A stretch of 64,000 nucleotides of DNA from Bacteroidales bacterium (lineage in GTDB: Bacteria; Bacteroidota; Bacteroidia; Bacteroidales; VadinHA17): the NCBI GenBank assembly GCA_035530515.1, contig DATKUO010000136.1:5758-69757 (forward strand), read 5' to 3'. Of the stretch, positions 54,301-62,437 are shown piece after piece. Positions within the stretch are counted from its first letter, which is position 1, and the number at the start of each line of letters is the position of its first letter. The notes under the pieces were generated by a model. That model was given only the letters and a program-made list of their open reading frames with translations, was not told where the DNA came from and did not search any database. Made by a program: the position numbers and the translations under genes.

Positions 54301-56880
54301 TATAATCCGGGTAATGAAATAAATCTCTCTTTTCCCGCACCTGAAAATGCACGTGCTATTGTAACTCTTGAAAACTCAACCGGTGTTCTGGAGGAGATAC
54401 GTGTTAATACAGGTAAAGAAAATACCGTTGTAAAATTCAAAGCCAGACCTGAAATGGCACCCAATATATATGCATATGTGACTGTTATACAGCCTCATGC
54501 CCAGACTGTCAATGATATGCCGGTAAGGCTCTATGGTGTGGTGCCTGTTATGGTTGAGGATGCAGAAACACGGCTTTCACCCAAAATTGATATGTCAGGA
54601 GAAGTGCGATCGCAAAAACCGTTTGTAATTAAAATTAGCGAAAAAGCCAGGAAACCAATGACTTACACCCTGGCAGTAGTTGATGATGGATTACTTGATA
54701 TAACAGGATTCCGGACTCCAGATCCATGGAACTATTTCTATGCCCGGGAAGCCATGGGTGTTCAGACATGGGATCTCTATGACTTTGTCCTTGGAGCATT
54801 CGGAGGGACGCTTGACAGGATCTTTGCCATTGGCGGAGATGAAGCTGTTATAGATAAAGCAGCAAATAAAGCTCAGAGATTTATACCTGTTGTTAAGTTC
54901 ATTGGACCGTTTAATCTCACATCAGGGAAAACTAATATCCACACACTTACCCTTCCTCAATATACGGGATCAGTAAGGACAATGGTTATTGCAGGGAGCG
55001 ACAGGGCATTTGGGGCTGCTGAAAAAACTGTGCTGGTTAAGAATCCCCTGATGATACTGGTGACAGCTCCCCGGGTTGTTAGTCCGGGAGAAAAAGTGGC
55101 TCTGCCAATAACCCTCTTCATTCAAAAAGAAGGAATTAAAAATATCTCTGTAAAAGTCCAAACTAATGAACTGGTTGGTTTTGCAGAGAAAACAAAAAAT
55201 ATATCAGTTTCCGGAACAGGCGAAAAGGACATTGAATTTACTTTTATCGTAGGTGAAAAAACAGGGGTGGCAAAAATAAGTGTCACAGCAACAGGAGGAG
55301 GCGAGACAGCAACTTATAATATGGAAATTGAAGTAAGAAGCCCTAACCCACCTGAAACCCGTTCTGAACTTAAGGTTTTAAGGCAAGGCGAAAAATGGGA
55401 GACAACATTCAACCCATTTGGAATGGAAGGAACGAACTCAGCCCTTCTGGAAGTATCATCTCTTCCTTCTATTAATCTTGAAAAAAAGATGGATTACCTT
55501 CTCGAATACCCCCATGGCTGCTCTGAACAAATAATATCGGCAGCCTTTCCGCAATTATGGCTTAATGATTTAACCGGTAACGATACTGCGATAGCAGAGT
55601 CGGCATCGGCTAACATCACAATGGCTATTAATAAGCTCATTTCAAGACAGATGATCAATGGAGGCATCGCTCTGTGGCCGGGCTCTTCGCAGCCGGATAA
55701 CTGGGTTACATCATACGCCGGACATTTCATAACAGAAGCTGAAAGAAAAGGATTCAGTATCCCAGCGGGATTCAGACAAAGGTGGCTCGATTATCAGAAG
55801 AAGACAGCACAAGAGTGGCGCTTTGATACCAGGTTCAAACAATCTGCTAACGACCAGGCTTACAGACTCCTTACCCTGGCTCTCGCTGGTCAGCCTGAAA
55901 AAGGTGCTATGAACAGACTGAGGGAAACGCCAGAAATTCCTCAGTTATCACACTGGCTATTGGCAGCAGCATTTGCTATAACAGGTCGCCCGGAGGTGGC
56001 CAACAGCCTTCTCGACATGAGAGATACCGCAACCGAACAGGAGTACCAACATTACTATTATGGCAGTAAGATACGCGACAAAGCAATAATACTATATGCG
56101 CTTACCCTTCTGAAAAATGAAGAACAGGCACTACTCCTGCTGAAAGAGATATGTGACAACTTCAATACAAATAATTGGTACAGCACTCAATCTATTGCGT
56201 GGGGGTTGTTTTCATATATGAAATGGACAGAGATACTCTCCAGTGACATAAACAAAACCTCAAAAATTAAAATCACGCTGAACGGCGAGATCTCTGAACC
56301 GAAAATAGAGCCTAAAAAGATCTGGTCAAAGGATATAATTATGAAAACCGGGAAGAATTCACTCACCGTAGAAAACGGTTCCGAAAACCCACTCTATATC
56401 ACTATGTCCAGAAAAGGTATTCCTCTAATTTCTGATCTGTTAGCCGAAGAAAAAGGTTTGAGCATGAAAATCAATTTTGTCAACATGGAGCTGAGAGCTG
56501 TCGATCCGAAGAATCTCGAACAGGGATCTGATATAATGATGGCTGTAAAAGTTACAAACAACACCTTCACAAGAGTAGATAATATTGCTCTTACTGAGAT
56601 GGTCCCTTCGGGATGGGAGATTCAAAATACCAGGTTATTTGAAGCAAACTTTGGTATTAAGGAGAGTCGTTATGATTACCGCGACTTCAGAGACGACAGG
56701 GTAAATACCTATTTTGATTTAAATCAGGGTGAAAGCAAAACTTTCGTGTTGATAATCAATGCCGCTTATAAAGGCGAATTTTATCAGCCATCGGTTTGGT
56801 GCGAAGCAATGTATTTAGATAATTGTTACTCCAGGTATCCCGGGAGTCAGGTAAAAGTAACCAAACAGAAAATTGAATAG
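51304..56880 (+). CDS. Bacterial alpha-2-macroglobulin family lipoprotein (YfhM-like) with thioester motif
   Basis: 1858 aa with lipobox LVTSC, a long MG-domain array, and the thioester-type motif EYPHGCSEQ at about residue 1400. Confidence 0.85.
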   Translation: MKAAKLISIFLVFILVTSCGSKNKKIVRSAKGQSTETNLANIPLDKGFSEYISGYTSGIIPANGSIEIRFTPGFAEKAGKSTSGLFVFEPSIKGKTEWKDETTLVFTPSRLLSPGKTYSGSLNLNKIGEVKERLKVFPLKIQTLRKDFRVNIGALECTSTEENSYILHGEVVTADVIDPREAEDYLLAKLGKKKMGVTWDHSVNLSHKFTVTGIERTDKLQELTLTWDGNSVGVKQKGSSSLNIPPADDFSILDIITFPEESQRIDLIFSDPIEPSQETDGLIYFSPSSEVIININSNIVSIFPETRLLGIVELSIESSIKNNIGSTLSSTVKKEFDFSALPPGIKLEGNGIILPSSQNLIFPFKAANLKAVDLKIIKIFENNLPYFLQDYDINGGYSVKKFGSPVFSGRVDLVSGSGNNNNSWNLYTIDLADYIDVEPGVLYKVYLGMRRSYSLFPCNGTEEESNYEELLLQAEDQSRELWDDPDNYYEDSEDEVYYSFGFDWNDRNDPCKDAYFSPNKRVSRNVLASNFGLIAKMGDDNIMHLMVNDLLTAMPVNEVKVDIYDYQMQLIISGITNQDGSVALFCQKKPFLVIATKDKDRNYLKTNDGSSLSLSSFDVTGTRPENGIKAFIYGERDVWRPGDSIFLSIFIKDMKSDLPPDHPVQFELINPLEQRVDNQVKKPEGYNLLTFNTKTSSDAVTGNYKAQFRIGGATFTKRIRIETIKPNRLKINLNFPGEILGGSNPVSKGALNVKWLNGAVAKKLKSSVEYILKHTKTEFEKYRQYIFDDPVKEFYSESVNIFNDAVDENGDAAIIFDPEKENHAPGMLNAVFTARASEPGGDESITQATYKYAPYPVFVGINLPGLKGKSRMLFTDDDNEVKVVTVDENGKPLNSEVEIIIYKISYRWWWESDQENIAYYISNNIYKPVIRKTLLTQDGDASFSFKIDRKEWGRYLIRAITPSGHSTGKILLIDWPWEYGMKGNTDGATLLTINTNKEKYNPGNEINLSFPAPENARAIVTLENSTGVLEEIRVNTGKENTVVKFKARPEMAPNIYAYVTVIQPHAQTVNDMPVRLYGVVPVMVEDAETRLSPKIDMSGEVRSQKPFVIKISEKARKPMTYTLAVVDDGLLDITGFRTPDPWNYFYAREAMGVQTWDLYDFVLGAFGGTLDRIFAIGGDEAVIDKAANKAQRFIPVVKFIGPFNLTSGKTNIHTLTLPQYTGSVRTMVIAGSDRAFGAAEKTVLVKNPLMILVTAPRVVSPGEKVALPITLFIQKEGIKNISVKVQTNELVGFAEKTKNISVSGTGEKDIEFTFIVGEKTGVAKISVTATGGGETATYNMEIEVRSPNPPETRSELKVLRQGEKWETTFNPFGMEGTNSALLEVSSLPSINLEKKMDYLLEYPHGCSEQIISAAFPQLWLNDLTGNDTAIAESASANITMAINKLISRQMINGGIALWPGSSQPDNWVTSYAGHFITEAERKGFSIPAGFRQRWLDYQKKTAQEWRFDTRFKQSANDQAYRLLTLALAGQPEKGAMNRLRETPEIPQLSHWLLAAAFAITGRPEVANSLLDMRDTATEQEYQHYYYGSKIRDKAIILYALTLLKNEEQALLLLKEICDNFNTNNWYSTQSIAWGLFSYMKWTEILSSDINKTSKIKITLNGEISEPKIEPKKIWSKDIIMKTGKNSLTVENGSENPLYITMSRKGIPLISDLLAEEKGLSMKINFVNMELRAVDPKNLEQGSDIMMAVKVTNNTFTRVDNIALTEMVPSGWEIQNTRLFEANFGIKESRYDYRDFRDDRVNTYFDLNQGESKTFVLIINAAYKGEFYQPSVWCEAMYLDNCYSRYPGSQVKVTKQKIE

Positions 56881-59206
56881 AAAGCTTAAAATACTAATCA
56901 TAGTAACCGGGGTATTTGTTACACCTGTTTTGCTTTCACCAATACCAGCCTTCAGGGCGCCATTATCAACCGTAGTTGAGGCACGCGAAGGGAGCTTGCT
57001 GGGTGCCAGGATAGCTGATGACGGCCAGTGGCGATTTCCGTCTTTCGACCAAATGCCTGAAAAATTCGAAAAAGCTATTCTTACTTTTGAGGACCGCTAT
57101 TTTTATTACCATCCTGGAATAAACCCTGTTTCAATAGCACGGGCGCTGGTTAGTAATTTTAAAGCCGGAAAGATTGTAAGCGGAGGGAGCACAATAACAA
57201 TGCAGGTTGCGAGGATTTCGAGAGGGAACCCGCCACGTACCTATAGTGAGAAATTTGTAGAAATACTATCTGCTCTGAAGCTTGAATTACTCAGGTCAAA
57301 AAGGACTATACTCCTGATGTACGCGGCCAACGCTCCCTTCGGTGGAAATACTGTAGGGCTTGAAGCAGCAGCCTGGCGTTACACCGGCAAATCATCATCC
57401 GACCTTACCTGGGCGGAAGCTGCTGCCCTGGCTATTCTTCCAAACTCCCCGGCACTTGTATTTCCCGGAAGGAATCATGAGTTACTTAAAAGAAAACGCG
57501 ACGACCTGCTTAAACGACTTTATGAAAGAGAGTTTATTGATTCCTTAACACTTATACTGGCTATTGATGAACCACTTCCCGTAGAACCAAAGGCCTTGCC
57601 TTCCAAAGCTCCTCATCTTACTGATTATTTTTTCATAAGAAAAAGGGGCGAGATGATCATGACCACCATTGACCCCGATCTTCAGGAAAGAGCCACAGAA
57701 ATTATTAATAACCATCAAAGAGATCTTGCAGGAAATTACATATTTAATTCTGCATGTATAATAGTGGAGGTTGAAACCGGTAACGTATTGGCTTATGTGG
57801 GTAACAGCTCGCTTGAAGATGCTGCTGCACATGGAGGAGATGTAGATATTATACGCTCCCTCCGTAGCACCGGGAGTATTCTGAAACCTCTTCTATATGC
57901 AGGGATACAACAGACAGGCGATATTTTACCAAACTCACTCATTGCTGATGTTCCAACCCGATTCCCTGGCTTCACACCAAAAAACTTCGACCAGAGTTAC
58001 AGAGGAGCAGTAAATGCCGCTTCGGCCCTTTCTCAATCGCTTAATATACCTGCTGTTAAGATGCTACAGAAATATAACCCGGAAAAATTTCTTGATCTCC
58101 TTCATAAAACAGGATTCACAACTTTTAATAAATCAGTTGATTATTATGGTCTGTCGCTAATACTGGGTGGCGGGGAGACATCATTATGGGACCTTGCTGG
58201 TGTCTACGCCTCTCTCTCAAGGGTACTAAAGAACTATAACCTTGAAAAAAAATATTATTTAAATGATTATCATCCTCCTTTTCTTGTTCAACAAAAAGGG
58301 TTAATACCAGAGGAAACCGAAGATCCGGATCCTCCTCTTTCTGCTGCAGCAATCTGGCTGACTTATGAAGCCCTTCAGAATGTAAACAGGCCTGAAGGTG
58401 AAAGCGGCTGGCAATATTTCACCTCATCTCGCGATCTGGCATGGAAAACAGGTACCAGCTTTGGTTTCAGAGATGGATGGGCAGTTGGAACAACACCTGA
58501 CTATGTTGCAGGAGTATGGACAGGAAATGCTGACGGAGAAGGAAGGCCGGGACTAACAGGAATTTCTGCAGCTGCTCCAATATTATTCGACCTGGTCAAT
58601 ATAATGGGAACAACAAGATGGTTTAATACTCCATATGATGATATGACAATGATACGCGTCTGTAGCTTAAGCGGGTATAGGGCAGGACCAGATTGCCCTG
58701 AAACAATTGAAATACAAGCCTGTATAAATGGATTACGAAGTGAAGCCTGCCCTTATCACCAGATAGTTCATCTCAATAAAGCCAGAACACTCCGGGTAAC
58801 ATCTGACTGTGCTTTGTCATCTGATATTATCAATGTGTCATGGTTCGTTCTGCCCCCGGCAATGGAATATTTCTACAGGCAAAAACATCCCGGTTATAAG
58901 ACCCTTCCGCCTGTATCACCTGGTTGTTCCTTAAACAATGATATTTCCGCAATGGAGTTTATCTATCCCTCTCCTGGAATAAAAATATTCATCCCCCGCG
59001 ATCAAACAGGCATGTTAACAAGAGTGATCCCTGAAGTGATACACAGAAATCCTGCAAAAAAGATCTTCTGGCACCTCGATAATAAATATCTGGGTACAAC
59101 CCGGTTCATTCATCAGATTGAAATAACTGCCAAAACAGGTAATCACCTTATAACAGTAGTAGACGAGGACGGCAACACGGAAAGATGTGCTTTTACGATA
59201 ATTTAA
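56873..59206 (+). CDS. pbpC: Penicillin-binding protein 1C (transglycosylase + transpeptidase-like + C-terminal domain)
   Basis: 777 aa with a TTG start overlapping the A2M gene by 8 nt. The GT51 motifs FEDRYFYYHPGINP and GGSTITMQ are followed by SxxK (STGSILKP). Confidence 0.85.
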   Translation: MNRKLKILIIVTGVFVTPVLLSPIPAFRAPLSTVVEAREGSLLGARIADDGQWRFPSFDQMPEKFEKAILTFEDRYFYYHPGINPVSIARALVSNFKAGKIVSGGSTITMQVARISRGNPPRTYSEKFVEILSALKLELLRSKRTILLMYAANAPFGGNTVGLEAAAWRYTGKSSSDLTWAEAAALAILPNSPALVFPGRNHELLKRKRDDLLKRLYEREFIDSLTLILAIDEPLPVEPKALPSKAPHLTDYFFIRKRGEMIMTTIDPDLQERATEIINNHQRDLAGNYIFNSACIIVEVETGNVLAYVGNSSLEDAAAHGGDVDIIRSLRSTGSILKPLLYAGIQQTGDILPNSLIADVPTRFPGFTPKNFDQSYRGAVNAASALSQSLNIPAVKMLQKYNPEKFLDLLHKTGFTTFNKSVDYYGLSLILGGGETSLWDLAGVYASLSRVLKNYNLEKKYYLNDYHPPFLVQQKGLIPEETEDPDPPLSAAAIWLTYEALQNVNRPEGESGWQYFTSSRDLAWKTGTSFGFRDGWAVGTTPDYVAGVWTGNADGEGRPGLTGISAAAPILFDLVNIMGTTRWFNTPYDDMTMIRVCSLSGYRAGPDCPETIEIQACINGLRSEACPYHQIVHLNKARTLRVTSDCALSSDIINVSWFVLPPAMEYFYRQKHPGYKTLPPVSPGCSLNNDISAMEFIYPSPGIKIFIPRDQTGMLTRVIPEVIHRNPAKKIFWHLDNKYLGTTRFIHQIEITAKTGNHLITVVDEDGNTERCAFTII

Positions 59207-59295
59207 CCTCTTCTGTAAACTCCGGCATAGCGTTTTTTAAGATTATCTCTAAGTTTAACAGTTTTTGACTATTTTTATTGAAAATTTGAGGCGCG

Positions 59296-59514
59296 ATGAG
59301 CAACACTGTTAAAATTCTGCTTTTCAATAACGAAATTGAAGCAATGCTTCTTGATGAGATATTGACTGACAAGAAAATTCCGCATATTATACGTACATAC
59401 CACGACTCAGCTTATGACGGCTTATGGCAGTCCAGTTCTGGCTGGGGCCATATAGAAGCTTCGGAAGAATACAGAGAAGAAATATTGCAGATATATAACG
59501 AAATGTCAAATTAA
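59296..59514 (+). CDS. Small hypothetical protein
   Basis: 72 aa; no confident family assignment. Confidence 0.4.
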   Translation: MSNTVKILLFNNEIEAMLLDEILTDKKIPHIIRTYHDSAYDGLWQSSSGWGHIEASEEYREEILQIYNEMSN

Positions 59515-59575
59515 TCCATAGAATTGAACCAATTGCTTTTTTATGCTAAATGGATACACTTAAAATGCTCTGTAA

Positions 59576-60259
59576 ATGAATAACTTAAATGGCAAAAGAA
59601 AACCATTCCTGTTTACTTCGGAGTTTATTCATGCAATTCTTCCGGTAATTAAAAGCAGATATCTGTATATCGGCATCCTTTCCGTTTTTGCCGGAGCAGC
59701 ATTAAATTTCGCATCCCAGACTTACCTTCACAATTACATGAGTGAAGGTAAAACATTACCGATGTTGTCTGATCTTATTCTTGATAACCTGCCAGTTATT
59801 GATGTTGCACTGTTCTATGACATCTTCTGCCTGATTCCCATAATCCTTGTTTTTATATATTTTGTCCATAAAAAAGATTATAACAGGATTCCTCTTTTCT
59901 TATTAATGAGCGGGATTTTTTATATTGTGAGAGGTGTATTTATAGTTTTAACACCTTTTGGAAATCCCCCCATGTTTAATGGATCAGATTCTCTGTTTAA
60001 CGGATTTGCAAAATATGATCTGGGTGTTTATCCATCCGGACATACAGGAAATGTATTTTTATTGTTTCTCCTGGTTAAAAACAAAGGTTATAAATATCTT
60101 ATTTTTGCCTGTCTGATCCTGGTTATAGTTACTTTATTCCTGGCGCATGGCCATTATAGCATTGATATACTATCCGGTCTTTTCTTCGCCTATGCAATAA
60201 AATCCTTTGGCGAAAAACATCTTTCAATGTTCGACCTTGGGAACAAAGCAGTACCATAA
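59576..60259 (+). CDS. PAP2_C / sphingomyelin-synthase-like membrane protein
   Basis: 227 aa with about 6 TM helices and the motifs SGHTGNVF and HGHYSIDILSG. Confidence 0.55.
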   Translation: MNNLNGKRKPFLFTSEFIHAILPVIKSRYLYIGILSVFAGAALNFASQTYLHNYMSEGKTLPMLSDLILDNLPVIDVALFYDIFCLIPIILVFIYFVHKKDYNRIPLFLLMSGIFYIVRGVFIVLTPFGNPPMFNGSDSLFNGFAKYDLGVYPSGHTGNVFLLFLLVKNKGYKYLIFACLILVIVTLFLAHGHYSIDILSGLFFAYAIKSFGEKHLSMFDLGNKAVP

Positions 60260-60507
60260 CGATTTTCTTTATTAATACAGAACATATCTTTTCTGTTGGC
60301 TTCTTCACTCATACAGGAAGTCATCTTAACCTGATCCGCTGGGTAAGTCCGAGGCCTATTAAAGAGACTCTAATACCAGCTATAGGCTTTAAATATCCTT
60401 TCATGGATTAATCAAATCCGGCTCTCTCTATTTCAAGTAATTAGGTGCTTCCCGGAACTTCATGGATATTTATTACTTACAATGTGAAAATCTTCTGTAA
60501 ATTTGGC

Positions 60508-61416
60508 ATGACAATGCCTCATGTAGAAAATAAAAATAAACCCCTTTTTATTCTGAATCCGACTTCAGGAATGCCTCCCGTAAATTTCATTGTGTCAAAA
60601 GATCTTGATCGAAGGAAAAATGAGCTAACTTCCATAAAGTCCTTATCTATTGCTGATTCAGAAATTCTTGTTAAAGAAAATTTAGATAAGTTTAATATTT
60701 TTGTTGCTGCAGGTGGCGATGGCACCGTTCATACTGTGGCTTCGGAACTGGTTGACAGTAATAAGATTCTGGGAGTCCTTCCTCTTGGTTCCGGTAATGG
60801 CTTTGCAAAAGAATTTGGATTTAAACTGAACCTGCGATCACTTCTCTCCGATATTAAAAAAGCAAAAAGTGTTAAAATTGATGTTATTGAGATTAACGAT
60901 AATTTGTGTCTTAACGTAGCAGGTATTGGTCTCGATAGCTTTGTTGCACATTCATTTAATGACCTTAAATTACGAGGTTTCCTGCCTTATGTTATTTTGA
61001 CTTTCAAAACTTTCTTACAACTTCGTCCCTTTCATGTTAACATCATGTGTGACGGAGAAGAAATTGTCTCTGAAAAATTATTTGTACTCACCATTGCAAA
61101 CACCCGACAGTTCGGTAATAATGCTTTCATTGCCCCCGATGCCAGACCAAATGATGGAATAATTGACCTTGTATTAATAAAACCATTCCCAAAGATCTTA
61201 GGAGCACTCTTTATTATCAGACTTTTCACAAAAAATATAAACAAATCGAAATATGTCAGATACATAAAAACAGATAAAGAGATAGTTATACAAACTGATG
61301 AAACAAGATTCCATATCGATGGAGAGCCATTGAAAATATCCGGAAAGGTAGTTGTCAGGATCAAAAGGGAAGCTCTTAACGTTCTTAAAACTGCTCACAA
61401 TAAATTTATTACTTAA
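60508..61416 (+). CDS. DAGK_cat-family lipid kinase (YegS/LCB5-like)
   Basis: NPTSG..., AAGGDGTVHTV and GVLPLGSGNGFAKEF are present. The start is set at the ATG at 60508; a taaatttg box ends 3 nt upstream, so the true start may be the ATG at 60514. Confidence 0.7.
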   Translation: MTMPHVENKNKPLFILNPTSGMPPVNFIVSKDLDRRKNELTSIKSLSIADSEILVKENLDKFNIFVAAGGDGTVHTVASELVDSNKILGVLPLGSGNGFAKEFGFKLNLRSLLSDIKKAKSVKIDVIEINDNLCLNVAGIGLDSFVAHSFNDLKLRGFLPYVILTFKTFLQLRPFHVNIMCDGEEIVSEKLFVLTIANTRQFGNNAFIAPDARPNDGIIDLVLIKPFPKILGALFIIRLFTKNINKSKYVRYIKTDKEIVIQTDETRFHIDGEPLKISGKVVVRIKREALNVLKTAHNKFIT

Positions 61417-61453
61417 TTTTATTACCATAATATTATAATTAACATGTGAAATC

Positions 61454-62167
61454 ATGAAAACCTATAGCGTAACTATTTTTGCAGTAGTATTTTTTGGTCT
61501 TATCATATCAGGTTGTGGAGAGAAGAAGTCAGCCGTAACCGAAGAATCTCTTCTCGGAGAATGGTACACAATCAAGGGAGATGTGGAAGCGTACAGTTTC
61601 CTCAAAGATGAAAAAAATTATATTTTTGTAGGCACAGTGGGAATGCATCCGGTTATTTATGGAACATGGAAAATAGACAAAGGAATGTTTGTTATCACCA
61701 TAGATAACGGAACAACCACTGAATACTCCTTTGCTCTATCCAATGATACTCTTAGCCTAAATGATGGTGAAGAAATTTATACCCGCACGGCTCCTCTTGA
61801 AGCTAAATATCCTGAAGTACAGATACTGGTTGATATCTCTTCAGATTTTAGTGATTTGAAATTTTCTGCACCACAACCGGCTAATCTTAAATGGGGATAC
61901 TGGATTGATAGTACCAGTACGGCCAGGGAGTTTTATTTAAATGGTTATTCAATTTCAGTAACCAGTACCATTTCATCAGGCGACATTAAAAACATTTCTG
62001 ATTATCTTCAAGATTATGGCTATGAAACAGATACTTCGTTTATGTCAGAGATCTGCGATGGCTATTGGAATAACAATCAGATTGTTACGGTCTGTACAAG
62101 CATGGATCCTGAGGCAACGAACGATTCTATCTATATCAATATTACAAGCGGACTTGTTATTAAATAA
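61454..62167 (+). CDS. Hypothetical lipoprotein
   Basis: 237 aa with the signal/lipobox LIISGC. Confidence 0.5.
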   Translation: MKTYSVTIFAVVFFGLIISGCGEKKSAVTEESLLGEWYTIKGDVEAYSFLKDEKNYIFVGTVGMHPVIYGTWKIDKGMFVITIDNGTTTEYSFALSNDTLSLNDGEEIYTRTAPLEAKYPEVQILVDISSDFSDLKFSAPQPANLKWGYWIDSTSTAREFYLNGYSISVTSTISSGDIKNISDYLQDYGYETDTSFMSEICDGYWNNNQIVTVCTSMDPEATNDSIYINITSGLVIK

Positions 62168-62175
62168 TTCATCAT

Positions 62176-62409
62176 ATGAAAAACCTTATTCCATTCGACC
62201 TTATCCTGGCCCTGACAAAGGTATATGGACAAAATCCTGAAATCTATTTGATTCCTCAACCAGTAGAAATACAGCAAACCGCTGGTAAATATTTATTAAC
62301 CAGGTCATCCACTATTGGCTTTAATAATGCGGCTGGTAGTATAACAGCTGAAATGCTAGCACAGAAACTGAAGGAATTAATTTTTCACGTGCTATTTATT
62401 ACCCGATAA
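62176..62409 (+). pseudogene. N-terminal fragment resembling a GH20 beta-hexosaminidase
   Basis: 77 aa. The signal-like start is followed by IPQPVEIQQTAGKYLLTRSSTIGFNN....AEMLAQKL, the usual N-terminal domain opening of GH20 enzymes. The ORF then terminates early. Confidence 0.35.
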
Positions 62410-62437
62410 TACGGACCAGAATAAAAGACGAAAAAAA

